DNA from: Octopus bimaculoides
Taxonomy: Eukaryota
Assembly: GCF_001194135.2 (NCBI RefSeq)
Contig: NC_068984.1
Span: 54,419,524-54,483,523 of the forward strand
DNA: 64,000 nucleotides
Reading direction: 5' to 3'
Part shown: positions 49,658 through 61,837 of the stretch, in pieces
Layout: every line of letters begins with the position of its first letter
Position numbering within the stretch: position 1 is the stretch's first letter
The notes under the pieces: model-generated
What the model was told of the DNA's origin: nothing
Database searches by the model: none
Seen by the model: only the letters and a program-made list of their open reading frames with translations
Position numbers and translations under genes: made by a program

Positions 49658-50065
49658 TTGAAAGACGGTGACAATATTGTTGAAATATATCATTCTAAAG
49701 GATCCAACAAAACAGATTACCGATTAAACAAAGCCTCGGATATTAGAAATCAAACGGAACATCATGAAAACAGAATCAAAAAGCTGCCAGATAAACATAA
49801 TAAGAATACGATTAACTGCGCATGCCGTAAAAAATCCGCATGTCCACTCCTGAACCAATGTGCTCAAAAAGACATAGTATACAAATGCACAATCTACACA
49901 TCTCAACATATTTACGTGTACATAGGTGCCACTGAAAACCAATTCAAAGTCCGTTATCGAAACCACATCTCGTCATTCCGAAAAATAAATAGACGGCACA
50001 CGACCTCGCTGGCAGACTTCATATGGAGACTGAAAGAATCAAAAATTAAATACCAAATAGAATAG
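49658..50065 (+). mobile_element. Penelope-like retroelement GIY-YIG endonuclease fragment
   Basis: CACRKKSACPLLNQC...DIVYKC...VYIGATENQFKVRYRNHISSF...TTSLADFIWRLK, the CxCRxKxxCPL...VY...YIGxTE...FKxRY.NH pattern of Penelope-like endonucleases. Confidence 0.85.
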
Positions 50066-50173
50066 TCAAGAATATAAAAACACATCCGTACTTACTCTTC
50101 CTTTTGACTCTTTTATTTTACTTTTTACATATATACACACACACACACACACACATATATATATTAGCATATA

Positions 50174-51412
50174 TTGGGCTATCCCATAAATAATGGGTTT
50201 TTTTCAATTTCATGAACTAAAAGTCGGAGGGGGAAGGGATAAACTACCTGCATCAACTTGTTATAAAAGCAGGTTGTAATTTAACTTTGGTTTTATTTTT
50301 AGTGTAAGTTTTGAAGAGTGCAGTTCTATTTTCAGTTATTTTTTCAAAGCTATAATGAAAGTGACAAAGGAGCATATTCGGTATATATTGCTTTATGAGT
50401 TCAATGAAAGCAACAACGCAACGGAAAGTGCGAGGAATATTAATGCAGTATATGGGGATCGGACAATAAGCGTAAGCCGGTGGTTCCAGAAATTCTGAGC
50501 TGGAAACTACAGCCTAGAGAACAAACCTCGTCCTGGAAGATCTGTAGAGCTCGACGAGGAACAAAATTCCAATCGTAACTGTTGAAGAACTAGCTTGGAT
50601 TTGGTCATTCAACCATTCATCGACACCAGTGTGCCATAGGAAAAGTCAGCAAATTGGGTCAATGGGTTCTTCAAAAACTTTCCGAGTCTAATCGCGCGCA
50701 GAAAGTGAATGTGTTCTCTTCTTTGCTGTCACGTCTCACGAATAAACTTTTTTTGGACCGAATAGTAACTGGTGACGAGAAATGGGGTTTCTATAAAAAT
50801 GTCAAGGGCCGAAGAGAGTGGGTAGGGAAAGGAGAAACACCGGCATCCCAGGCTAAAAAAGGTCTTCACTCACGTAAGGTGTTATCTGTTTGGTGGGATA
50901 TGGAAGGTTTAGTCCACTTTGAACTTTTAAACCCAAACTAAACGATAAGAAAGGGGATCTACGGTGAGTAGCTTGAGCGACTTAAATCAACGCGAGGAGG
51001 AAAAAGATCATCTTTGGTTTCAAGACGAAAGGTGTTCTTCCACCAGGTTAATGCTCGGCCACATACAGCAAGGATGACATTCCAAAGGCTGGAGCAGTTT
51101 GAATGGGAAACGATGCTCCGCCCACCATATTCACCGGACATTGCCCTTTCTGATTACCATTTATTCCGCAATCTTCAAAATGATTTGGACGGCAAAAATA
51201 TGAATTCTGTAGACGAGATCAGAACTGTACTGGCGGAGTATTTTTCATCACGGACAACTGAATTTTGGAAGAGGGGCCTTGCAAGTTTACCAGATAGATG
51301 GAAGAGCATTGTAGAAAATGAAGGAGAGTCTATTTTAAATTAAAAAAGAGCTATATCTTAATTTTGAAAAAATAGAAGTAGTATAAAAAAATCGCATTAT
51401 TTATGGGATGAC

Positions 51413-51416
<4 letters not shown>
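50174..51416 (+). mobile_element. Near-full-length defective mariner (DD34D), 1243 bp
   Basis: TIRs ttgggctatcccataaataatg and cattatttatgggatgacccaa, with TA flanks. ATG at 50355, IVTGDEKW, SVWWD, FHQVNARPH and PYSPDIALSDYHLF; stop at 51343. Frameshifted. Confidence 0.93.
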
Positions 51417-51452
<36 letters not shown>

Positions 51453-52319
51453 ATGAGAGGTAATGGTGTCAGTAAGACCCAAAGGTGTCAGGTAATGCTG
51501 AGTAAGTGGTATGGATAGACCATAGTTAAGCTCCTGGTTCGGTGATTATGCGAATAAGGAGTCAGCGTGTGTATATAAAAAAATTAATATATATATTACA
51601 CACACACACCACATATATATATACACAAATACACATACATACAAATATATATATATATGTGTGTATATCTATGTGTTTGACAACCGGTGTTGCTATGTTT
51701 ACGTTCCTGTAACTAGCAGCTCATCAAAAGATATCGGTAGAAAAAGTACAAAGCTTAGAAAACAAACTGACAAACAAAAATGTAAGTACTGGGGTCGATT
51801 CATTCGACTAAAATTCCTCAAGGTGGTGCCCCAGCATGGCCACGATCTAATGACTAAAACAAGTAAGATAATTTTTTGCGTTAGAAGTAGGAGTGTTCAC
51901 GCTTGCTCTTGAGGGTTAATTCCCTTATTTATTTGTATTTTGGGGTCTACAGTAACAGCAATGAGTAGGTGAAGAATAAAACACTCGAGTTGTTTCCCTT
52001 TAATTCAAACTATCAATAACGTTTTGTAGGAGAAAGGATAGTTTGAATAAAAAAAAAATAATCTTAAACTTACTTTTAATTAACAAATTTTGGTACTGCA
52101 AGTTAAAGACTATATCATTTGTTTTATAAATAATTCCAAGTAGGTTTTAATCCAATTTTCAAATAGCAAGTTTTAAGTAATAACATTTATATTTTCTGAC
52201 ATAAAATACTAATGACTTTAGTTTTATAATTTGTTTGTAAAGGTTGGTATGCTGCAGAATTGTTTGGATATCAAAAGAGAAAAAGGAAGAACAAAAAATT
52301 AGTGATATTTTATCTGACT

Positions 52320-52620
52320 TATGACATTGTGAGTTCAAATCTTACTGAGGTCAACTTTGCCTTTCATTCTTTTTTTCTGTTTTTTTTTTTGGGGGGGGGG
52401 GTCGTGGAGGTTTGATAAAATAAACTATTAATCTCCCTTAAAAATTGCTGATTTTGTGCTAAAATCAGAAACCATTAAGATGGCGAAGTGGCAGAATTTT
52501 GCAACGTCGAAAAAGAAGAAAAAAGAAAAAGATGTCGCAAAGTGTTTTGTTCTGGTTTGCTCCGAGATCAACTTTTCCTTTTCATACTTTTGGGGTCGAT
52601 AAAATAAAGTACCACCCAGG
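52320..52620 (+). mobile_element. Two degenerate SINE family A copies
   Basis: gagttcaaatcttactgaggtcaactttgcc and tggcagaatttt...ttttggggtcgataaaataaagtacc. Confidence 0.65.
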
Positions 52621-52640
52621 TATTTTGGGTCGATAAAGTA

Positions 52641-52989
52641 TCCCTCAAGTATTTTGCCTAAGGTACACTTGCTGAATCCTTGTTCTCCGATGTCCTCTAT
52701 AGGTACCCCATTTAGTTTAGGGTTAGGTGGAATCGTTTTGGCAGGCATGTGTGAAAAGCTTACGTCGGATTACCACGAACTTGTCACGAACAGAGAATCT
52801 GGGCTACTGACGTTTGTTTGAATCTAGTAATAGTGGTTGTGATGCAGCAGCTAGTAGCTGTAACTACATAGGAAAGTGTTTATTGCTTACACTTGTTGTT
52901 GCTCTTTGCTAGAAATATAACTTCGTCTCGAAGAATTCTTCGTACAAGGTCAGACAACTGAAAGCAACATGACATTAGGAGGGTTATTC
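52641..52989 (-). pseudogene. PHPT1: Inverted 5' fragment of PHPT1 (5' UTR plus about 36 codons)
   Basis: 52670-52971 is the reverse complement of 14049-14350 with 2 mismatches, and weaker homology continues on both sides. I found no further PHPT1 sequence by eye. Confidence 0.9.
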
Positions 52990-53064
52990 TGTTTGAACTA
53001 GAGAAAAAGTGAGTGAGTGAGTGAGAGAGAGAGAGAAACATTGAACGAATATGTACATATAGAC

Positions 53065-53395
53065 GTAGGCGTGACTTTATGGCAAGAAGTTTGCTTCCCA
53101 ACCACATGATTTCAGTCCCACTGCGTGACACCTTGAGTATGTGTCTTCTACTAAAGCCTTGCAAATGAATTTGGTAGACGGAAACTGAAAGAAGCCCGTC
53201 GTACACACACACGTGTGTGCGTGCGTGTGTTTGTTCCCCCACCACTACTTGACAAGCGGTGTTGTGTGTTTACATCTTCGTAACTTAGTGGTTCGGCCTG
53301 AGAATCGATAGAATAAGTACCAAGCTTAAAAAAGACAAAATAAGAACCGGGGTTGATTCAGTCTAATGCCTGAAACAAGTAGAAGGTAAAAGAAA
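53065..53395 (+). mobile_element. SINE family B copy
   Basis: gtttgcttcccaaccacatgatttcagtcccactgcgtgacaccttgag...gaaactgaaagaagcccgtc. Confidence 0.8.
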
Positions 53396-53399
53396 TGAA

Positions 53400-56215
53400 C
53401 TGACAAATAGTCAATGTAATCTGCATATTATTGATTAGAATTTCTAATTTCCAACAAATCAATATTGTTACCAATATTAAAAAGAAAAAAAATTGTTGGA
53501 AGACGAAGAACAACGTTGATGACCTTCCAGATGAGTCAATGATGGTCAGTTCATGCACAAAAGAAGAAACATGGCGAAAAATCGGTAAGCCGAAATTATT
53601 TATATATAAAAAAATGTAGCATATGGTGTTACAAGAAAGAAACTATATTTCATCGGCGAATGTATTTGCAACGTAACTTTTCGAGATGAAACGAAAAGAA
53701 CAATCATTTATGTATTGAAAAAAATTACTAAACCTATTTGGCACAGAATGTATAGAGTTATTTAAAATGTGGGATACTCCCATTAGTGTTCTCTGTGAAA
53801 ATGTAGTCGGCACGGTTAAAAGTTCGAATGAAGTCGAATAATTGAAACAAAAAATTAAAAAAATGTTTCCAAAAAATTGTTTCTTGGAAGGATTAGGCTG
53901 TTGCACCAAAACAAAAGCGAGGATCGTAGTAAAAGAAAAGGCAACGCCTGTTTTTAGGCCCAAACGGAATGTGCTGCTTGCGGCGTTTGACTAGGTCAAT
54001 AAGAACTTGAAAGACTAGAAAGTTTAGTTATAACTGAAAAATTCGACCATTCAGACTGGGCAGCTCCGACGGTTTTAGTCGAACACAATTATTCATTACC
54101 AAGCCCAGAAGAAGTGTTTTCAAAACTGAATGGAGGAAAAGTTTTCTCGAAGTTAGACCTCTCGGAGACCTATCTACAGATACAGGTAGAGGAAGATTGC
54201 GCACACCTTTTAACAATCAACACACACACCGTAGATTGTATAAATTCAAGCGGTTTCCTTTGGGAGTAAAAGTGGCACCTGCTATAAATAAATGAATACA
54301 GGTTTAGACTAACAGAGGAAAAATGTGAAGATGGCAGCCAAAAGGCTATAGCTCATGCATCAAGGACGCTATTGCCAGCGAAAAAAAAAAATATAGCCAA
54401 ATTGAAAAATAGGCACTGGCGATTATATTTAGAATAAAAAAGTTCCACAGGTCTATACATGGTAGGCGGTTTAGACTACAAACAAACCATCGCCCGTTGC
54501 TAACGATTGATGGATTCAAGAAAGGAATCCCAGAACATACAGCAAACAGGTTGCTGCAATGGAGCACCATACTACCAAACTAAGACTACACAATGGAATA
54601 TTTACCTTCAAAAAAGCTAGGACATGCTGACGGCCTATCTAGGTTAATATCCAGAAATAGCAAACCATTCGAGGACACAGTAAGAGCCGAAGGGGAGATG
54701 AAACACATAGTGTGGAACATTGTACGAGAGTTACCAATAACTCTGGAAGAGATAAAGCGACACGCGTCAAAAGGTAGGTTCATTAATGAAAAAAAAAAAA
54801 AAAACCCCTCTACAGTCAGCCAAAGAAAACAAAAATAGGTTCGGTAAGAAAAAACAGTAATAGATAAACATGCATTCAACATGCGACGGCGTACTGATGT
54901 ATGGTCAAAAGGTAGTGATACCTGAAACTTTACAAAAAAAGAATGTTGAAAATTCCATATTGGACATCCGGGAAAAAAGCGCTTATGCGCAGTTATGTGT
55001 ATTGGCCGAAGATGGACAAGGAAGTTGAAAATGTAGTAAAAGACTGCAGAGGATGTTGCTCTGGCAGCGAAATTTCCTACTCAATAATGGCCAAAAGTAA
55101 AAAAACCATGTTCAAGATTACTTATCGATTTTGTGAGGCTGTTAAATGGTTATTACTACTTAGTAGTAGTTGACAGTTTTACAAAATAGCTGGAAATTGT
55201 TAAGTGCAAAAGTCCAACTGCCTCGATTTTAATAAATTTTTTTGCATGAATTATTCGCAAAATTTGGCATCTCGGACGTGATTGTATCTGATAATGGAAC
55301 ACAATCTGTGTCTAGTGAATTTAGAAAATTTTGCGAAATGTTCATCGTAGAACATAAAAAGATAGCGCCTTACCGTCCCAGATCAAATGGACAGGCAGAG
55401 CGTTTTGTGGACATTTTAAAAAGAACTTTGAGAAAAGAAAACAAGGAAGGCACCGACGAAGTTGCTCTGCAGCAATTCCTAAGGGTATACAGGGTGACAC
55501 CGAACCCCAATACACCAGCAGGAAGCTCACCAGCAGAACTGATGTTTGTGAGGAAGGTGAAATCAGTTTTTAATAGACTGTTAACTGGCAAAGAAAGAAT
55601 AAGTACCAGGAAAGACAATCCCAAATTTTTGAAAATTGCTGATAAGGTGTACATGAGGTCGTATAAAAACGGAAAACAGTACTGGGAAGAAGGCAAAATT
55701 ACAAAGTACATAGGGAAAATGATGTACGGAATTAAAAGTAGAAAAGGTATTGAAAAAAGATACAGAAAGCAATTGAAGAAGAAATTCATAGAAAATAAAC
55801 CAGACAGATTAGAAGAACCTATGGAATGGCTGTATGACACATTCCAGGTACCAACACCGTTACAGGTGGTTGAACCCACGCGTACAAGTGGAAGAAAAAA
55901 GAACACAGAGTTCCTAAAAATAGAAGCCAAAAAGAAAAAAAAAATATTAAGTTGCAAAAAAGAAAAACCGCTAAAGAAGAGGAGGGGTGAATAAAGTAAA
56001 ATAAAATTACTTGCTTCCCAAAGTTTTTTGTTGGAGTCTTCTTCCAGTGTTCCCTGTTGGAGTCAGTGTCAATTACCGTGTTACATATGAGTTCGAGTTA
56101 CCGTCATAGTAGACGCTTCAAAGTCATTGTCTTGCGGAGCTATTAGCGAAAGCACGATAGACGAGTCAAAGAAAATAAGACTCGGAATACCGACACAACA
56201 TAATAGTGGCGACAA
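53400..56215 (+). mobile_element. Degenerate Gypsy LTR retrotransposon (K02A2.6-like pol), with a PPT, one LTR (55988-56200) and a PBS-like motif
   Basis: RT remnants (LPSPEEVFSKLNGGKVFSKLDLSETYLQ), RNase H (YSQIEK*ALAIIF...TNHRPLL...HADGLSRL), integrase zinc region (YVYWPKMDKEVENVVKDCRGC) and integrase core. A purine tract precedes a TG...CA segment. Confidence 0.9.
55242..55994 (+). CDS. Gypsy integrase core open frame (part of a defective element)
   Basis: IVSDNGTQ...APYRPRSNGQAERFV...YRVTPNP...SPAELMF. Confidence 0.75.
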   Translation: MHELFAKFGISDVIVSDNGTQSVSSEFRKFCEMFIVEHKKIAPYRPRSNGQAERFVDILKRTLRKENKEGTDEVALQQFLRVYRVTPNPNTPAGSSPAELMFVRKVKSVFNRLLTGKERISTRKDNPKFLKIADKVYMRSYKNGKQYWEEGKITKYIGKMMYGIKSRKGIEKRYRKQLKKKFIENKPDRLEEPMEWLYDTFQVPTPLQVVEPTRTSGRKKNTEFLKIEAKKKKKILSCKKEKPLKKRRGE

Positions 56216-56324
56216 GAATATTACAGTGCTGACAATAACATGCAAGTGGACTAGGATCTCACGTTATAAGAGATTGGGTAAATCATTTAGATGAGGATCT
56301 CTCTATATGATACTACTATGTCTC

Positions 56325-56705
56325 TTAACTTTTACTTGTTTCGTCATTGGAGTGCAGCCATCCTGGGACATCAACTTGAAGAGTTTTAGTCGATCAAATC
56401 GACGTCAGTATTTATTTTTTTAGCCGGGTACTTATTCTATCGGTGCCTTTTGCTGAACCGCTATTTCATTGGGACGTAAGCAAACCAACACCAGCTGTGA
56501 AGAGGTGGTGGACACGTGCACACACGCACATACACATGTGTACGACAGATTCTTTCAGCTTGAATCTAGCAAATTTACTTACAAGGCTTTGGTTGGCTCG
56601 GGGCTATAGCAGAAGACACTTGCCAAAGGTGCCGCGTAGTGGGACTGAACCCAAGGACTCATTGTTGGGAAGCAAGCGTCTTACAGCACGACTACGCCTG
56701 CGCTT
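56325..56705 (-). mobile_element. SINE family B copy
   Basis: Consensus-like, with CpGs retained. Confidence 0.8.
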
Positions 56706-57146
56706 GTTGTCACTGTTTTGTTATTTGTATTTGTGTAACATTTCTCCGTTTTTTTCGTCCTTGCTTTCGTATACATTCGCTTGCTTTCTTCCGAAGAATC
56801 TAGTGTTCTTAGCTTATATTTTCTTGGTCAGATTGGAGCAGTCTCAAGTATAACCGGCCGAAACTGAAAGGATGATCTGGAACTCGACTGACAATAGAAG
56901 GCTCCGAATGACCCGTCCTTGTTTTTTCTTGTCTTTCTTTGAATCCTCTAACTGTCCGGATGTTTTGTTGTCGCCTGTTACGTTCTTGCTCCATTTTTTA
57001 TTTATACATATAGCGGCGTACGTACACTTTTGGTCTCATATATATATATATANNNNNNNNNNNNNNNNNNNNNNNNNNNNTATATATATCAAAGATCTTA
57101 CAAAAAATATGATACATCTATATATGAAAACTGGAAGATCTTGTAG

Positions 57147-58191
57147 GAATGACAGAAGGATACGAGATTATTGGATCCATGAGGTAACTTTCTGTCCAGC
57201 CATAACCAACGACTACATAATATATAGCGGATCTTGTGTGTAGAAATAGATGTACAACTGCTACTGTTAAATATAATGTTCCACGTAAATTACCATCGTC
57301 CAGTCTGTTTCAGTGGTAATCAACTACTATACTTAATAGTATTACTAATGATGAACTATAGTGCAAATATAGGAGAAATTAAGATAAACATAAGGTTATA
57401 TTACAATTGAGACATTAGTGCTCTGCAACATAAGGCAGTAACGTGTTCCCTGGTGATCAGTGGTAGTGAAACATCCAATTGCAGTTGAAACACCCAATGC
57501 AGAGCTCCAAAGGAACCACAATGATGAAACGTACGTGGGAACTAACAATCCTTTCTACTAAAGGCACAAGGTATGAAATTTGATGTGAGAGGAATAGTCA
57601 ATCACATCAATCTCAGTTCGCAACTAACACTTATTTCATCGACTCCGAAAGGATGAAAGGCAAAGTCGACCTCGGTGGAATTTGAACTTAGAACGTAATG
57701 ACGGACGAAATGTCGCAAAGTATTTTACCCTACGCGCTCACAATTCTACCAGCTCACTGCCTTAAGACGTAGGAACTAATAATAATATAAACTTGTGTTT
57801 ATCTTAATTTCTCATTTGTGTTTGTGTGTGTGTGTGCAAGCGTGTGTTTGTGTTAAGAGTCATGTCTCCGTCCGTTTGTCTATCCGTTTATCCAACTGTC
57901 ATACCACACCGTATTTCAATGATTTCATAACTTGATAAATGTATTATCACATCATTTCAACCATGATGTTTTCAACAGAAAAAATTAAAAGAAAGTAATT
58001 TTGCTTATATTTTTCCTTTGCTTTATATTTCATTTGAAAAATTTAACACATTTCTGTTATGATGTCATAATGTGCTGATTACTCTTATAATGAGACTAGA
58101 AGGTTACTGATACCTGTGGAGAATCTCCTCCCATTACAATAATTTTTTGTAGTCTTAGGATTCTGGAACTCGAAGAAGAAGAGGCTTACAA
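57147..58191 (+). CDS. Two candidate small exons (57147-57183 and 58159-58191) of an unidentified + strand gene
   Basis: Donors GAG|GTAACT and CAA|GTGAGT, second acceptor ttttttgtagtcttag. The join is open as MTEGYEIIGSMRILELEEEEAY. Confidence 0.3.
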
Positions 58192-58538
58192 GTGAGTGCA
58201 ATTCAATGGTTGTTTATTTGGTTCTCATTTCATGGGGTTTGCTCCCGGCGACCATCTGTATGTCAGCGCGTAGTTCGTTAGCTCAGTTCGTGAAAGGTAC
58301 ATTACCTCTGGAGATAATGGGTAAAGTTAGAGCCGGTTAAGAATCCGCTGTGAGCTGCTAGATTGCTGTGTTGTTCAACGTGAGTGCCAACGCGAGAGAA
58401 GAGAACGGGTTGCTCAATAACCTCCTTAAATAGATGTTGCCCATGAGAGCCTCGCTGTGGTCTCGAGCATAGCAAACATGGTTGTAGGCGAGATCTCGCT
58501 CTTGTCTCGGACCTGGCAATGGCCGCCGGCGTGATCTC

Positions 58539-58656
58539 GGTTTCAGGGTTAGGGTTATGAGCATTTTTGCCAAATTTGGTGAAAATCTGTTCAATACACC
58601 GCCACAAATTTTTCACCAAATTTGGCCAAAATACTCATAACCCTAAAGCTAAAACC
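58539..58656. repeat. Hairpin with arms of about 48 bp ending in telomere-like repeats
   Basis: ggtttcagggttagggttatgagcatttttgccaaatttggtgaaaat pairs with ttttcaccaaatttggccaaaatactcataaccctaaagctaaaacc. Confidence 0.85.
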
Positions 58657-60939
58657 AGTACAAACGCACGAACGATGTCATAAATAACAGTACCGCCGAT
58701 AGTTGTTGTTGACAAACAACGGCAGTAATTTTATTCAAGGGAAAAGATCCCATTACACCGCCACAACGTGTTGTTGACAAACCACAGCAGTAATTGTTTT
58801 CACCTCAATAGACGTCAGTGATTGGTTGATATTGCCGAAATACACAACTTTTAACATGAAATAACTTCGAATATAAACATTTTTCTCTGTTCTATAAGAC
58901 AAAATATACAAGTATACGAAGTTTTAAAGTGTTTCGGTGGAAAACACACTAAATAAAAACTAAATAAAAAATGGTGTCCGCCAAATTAGAAAGATCCAGT
59001 ATGGCTACCGTTTGTTAATTTCAAACTTCCCAAAGATGAGGGTTTTCCAGATCCCCCCCCCCCAGTGCCCCTTTGCTCCAAAACGTCCTCCTGTTGCTCC
59101 AAATGCACCCCGTTGAGTACCTTTGACTGAGACCATAAATAGTAGAATTCACACGTGAAACATTTGTGAATACATATTCTTAGAAGGATGAATAGAAAAT
59201 TGGGAAGAGCCAAATGATTATTGAATGTTCTGATTAATGTCAATCATGCCATTTGTCTTACACTAATTGTCAGTTTATTTAATGTTTTATGTCTATAGAA
59301 CATTTTCAATAATTATAATGGTATTCCTCACATTAAGTTACAATGCTTGAGCTCTATAATTTTCGCCATCCCAACTACGTGACTGTAAAGCTAATCAGTA
59401 GAGAAGCGGTACTCTGCATAGAAAGTACAATGCAACAAGTCATTAGTGACTTAGTATTTTGAAAGTGAATGCTTGCTAAGCAGTCTGTAGAGAAGTAGGA
59501 AAAGTCCATCTACGCTTTTATTCATGAGACATTCCAACAGTTATATAAAGTTCCTCAAACAGATATGGTGCGTTGTTGAAAGGTTAATAAATGTAAGTCT
59601 ACTGTAAGATGACTGTGAAAGTATATTGTAAAGAAGTGATAGAGTACGCTGTACAAGCGACGTACTCCAGTGGGAACGCAGTCCAAAGCGAAACAATATA
59701 AAGTCATTCTACACTTTGTTTTGTAAATATCATAAATTGTTAATAGCGGGACTGAGTCAGTCCCATTGCTGCTGGTAGTAGCAGGAATAAAGAATTTGCT
59801 AATCCAACCTGGAATACGGTATTAGCGGTAAACAATTTTGAAAGGAATGTACGGTATGAAATTAACTAGCACATTAGACAAACATACTAACAGAGAAAGT
59901 TGGCGTCGCAACAGGTTAAAAATGAAGTTCAAATATAGTTGTCCTTAGATACGATGAATGTAAAGAGACTTTAGTAGAAAGTGGGTTATACATCTTTAGA
60001 TGTATACCTGACTTTCCTACTATAAAAATTAGAATATGACGGAACGCTGATTTCCAGACTATCAACTTAAACAACACTTTATTCAGGTGGTAAATATATA
60101 CATCTTTAGTTCTTGTTGTTACAGCTTCTGTGTGTATAAGCATAGTTGTTGGGACGTTGTTCTGTAGTTGTGAGCGAGCTGTCGAGTGTAAGTCCGAAAG
60201 ATGTAGAGAGACAGCTTAAATACGTCCATGCTCAATCGCTGGCCAGCGAGAAAGAGAATGAATTGAGCGGGAACGCTTGGTTGTTTAATTCTACGCATGC
60301 GCACGGCGTTACTACAAGACGATTAGTTTGTGCGTATGTGTATGCATGTGTGGAGAGAGAAGGAGAGAGATATGAAATAGGTAGGCAAGCGATAGACAGA
60401 TGGATAGAGCTCTTGTACGCATAGAAAAAAAAAGACTTAGGAGAGAGGAAAAAGCTATTTCTTTATTAGAGTCTTTCTAATTGTCTTCTTTCCTCTATCG
60501 TTATTATTGTTTCTGTTTCACTGTCTCCATCTAATTACACCTCTCTTTCGCATTTGCGTTTCTATTACTCATTTCTCCAAGTAAACCTTCTCACGTAGGG
60601 TATCTATATTTCCGTTTATTAAACAGGGAAAATACTGTGAGTACAATTCATAGACAATTTCTTAATGGAGTCATGACGAGACAACATGAACTGTGACAAT
60701 ATAATAATAACGAAGGAAATTGTTGCATACAGTGTTCAGGTGCACTTGTGACTGTAGAATAATCCTAACCAGTCGCCCCCAGGTCTGCTCGTTATTGGAT
60801 GGAATGATCCTAGAAATGACAACGAATGCGTTAAATAAGTTAAAGAATTGATATGAACACGAATTATAATGATTTTGTCCCTTTGCATAACAAATGCAAC
60901 ACCAACATGCATACATAAAAAAAAATATATATATATATA

Positions 60940-61156
60940 TATTACTCTTTTACTTGTTTCAGTCATTTGACTGCGGCCATGCTGGAGCACCACCTTTTAG
61001 TCGAGCAAATCAACCCCAGGACTCATTCTTTGGAAGCCTAGTACTTATTCTATCGGTATCTTTATCCGAACCGCTAAGTTACGGGGACATAAACAGACCA
61101 GCATCGGTTGTCAAGCGATGTTGGGGAGACAAACACACACAGACACCCACACACAC

Positions 61157-61188
<32 letters not shown>

Positions 61189-61352
61189 ACGACGGGCTTC
61201 TTTCGGTTTCCATCTACCAAATCCACTCACAAGGCTTTGGTCGGCCCGAGGCTATAGTAGAAGACACTTGCCCAAGGTGCCACGCAGTGGGACTGAACCC
61301 GGAACTATGTGGTTCGTAAAGAAGCTACTTACCACACAGCGACTCCTACGCC
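60940..61352 (-). mobile_element. SINE family B, full length, young
   Basis: Very close to the consensus, with CpGs retained. Confidence 0.88.
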
Positions 61353-61767
61353 TTGTGAGCTTTTATGTATTCACACGTCCTTGATTCTATATTGATTATT
61401 CTTTTTTATTTATACGTGTGAGTGAAAGACATGTACTAAGGACAAACATAGAATTAAACATTTATTGTATATATTTGCATACGCAATTTATACCCCCTCA
61501 CTATCCGACAAGAGCGCGAATTATGAAGCAAAACAAATTCGCAGTTGAGAGTTAGCTACCTTTATATTGATCTTTTCCATCGAAATCAAATAGATTCAGC
61601 ATTTTGCCAACCAATGAATATTACGGATAATTTATTGTAAAGTGGAAATTAATTAAATTTACCAAGTTATATGACGCAACTACTGAACTAATCACTCTAG
61701 TTTCTTTTTATATCAATGTAATTTCTTTAAGGAGGCTTTTAACTATATATATATATATATATATACG

Positions 61768-61837
<70 letters not shown>

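Noticed and set aside
52428-52748. ORF MPAKTIPP... as exon 1 of an intron-containing parental PHPT1 gene on the minus strand
   Set aside because: I found no downstream PHPT1 exons on the minus strand by eye, although they should be near-identical. The donor would be weak (AA|GTGTAC), the ORF runs into SINE sequence, and it carries a Val->Glu change in the conserved VDI motif.
55370-55957. 195-aa minus-strand ORF
   Set aside because: It is the antisense shadow of the A-rich integrase frame, F/L-rich with no motifs.
60736-60900. GDWLGLF as a SKICH-domain exon
   Set aside because: A single short motif with no supporting splice sites or neighbouring exons.
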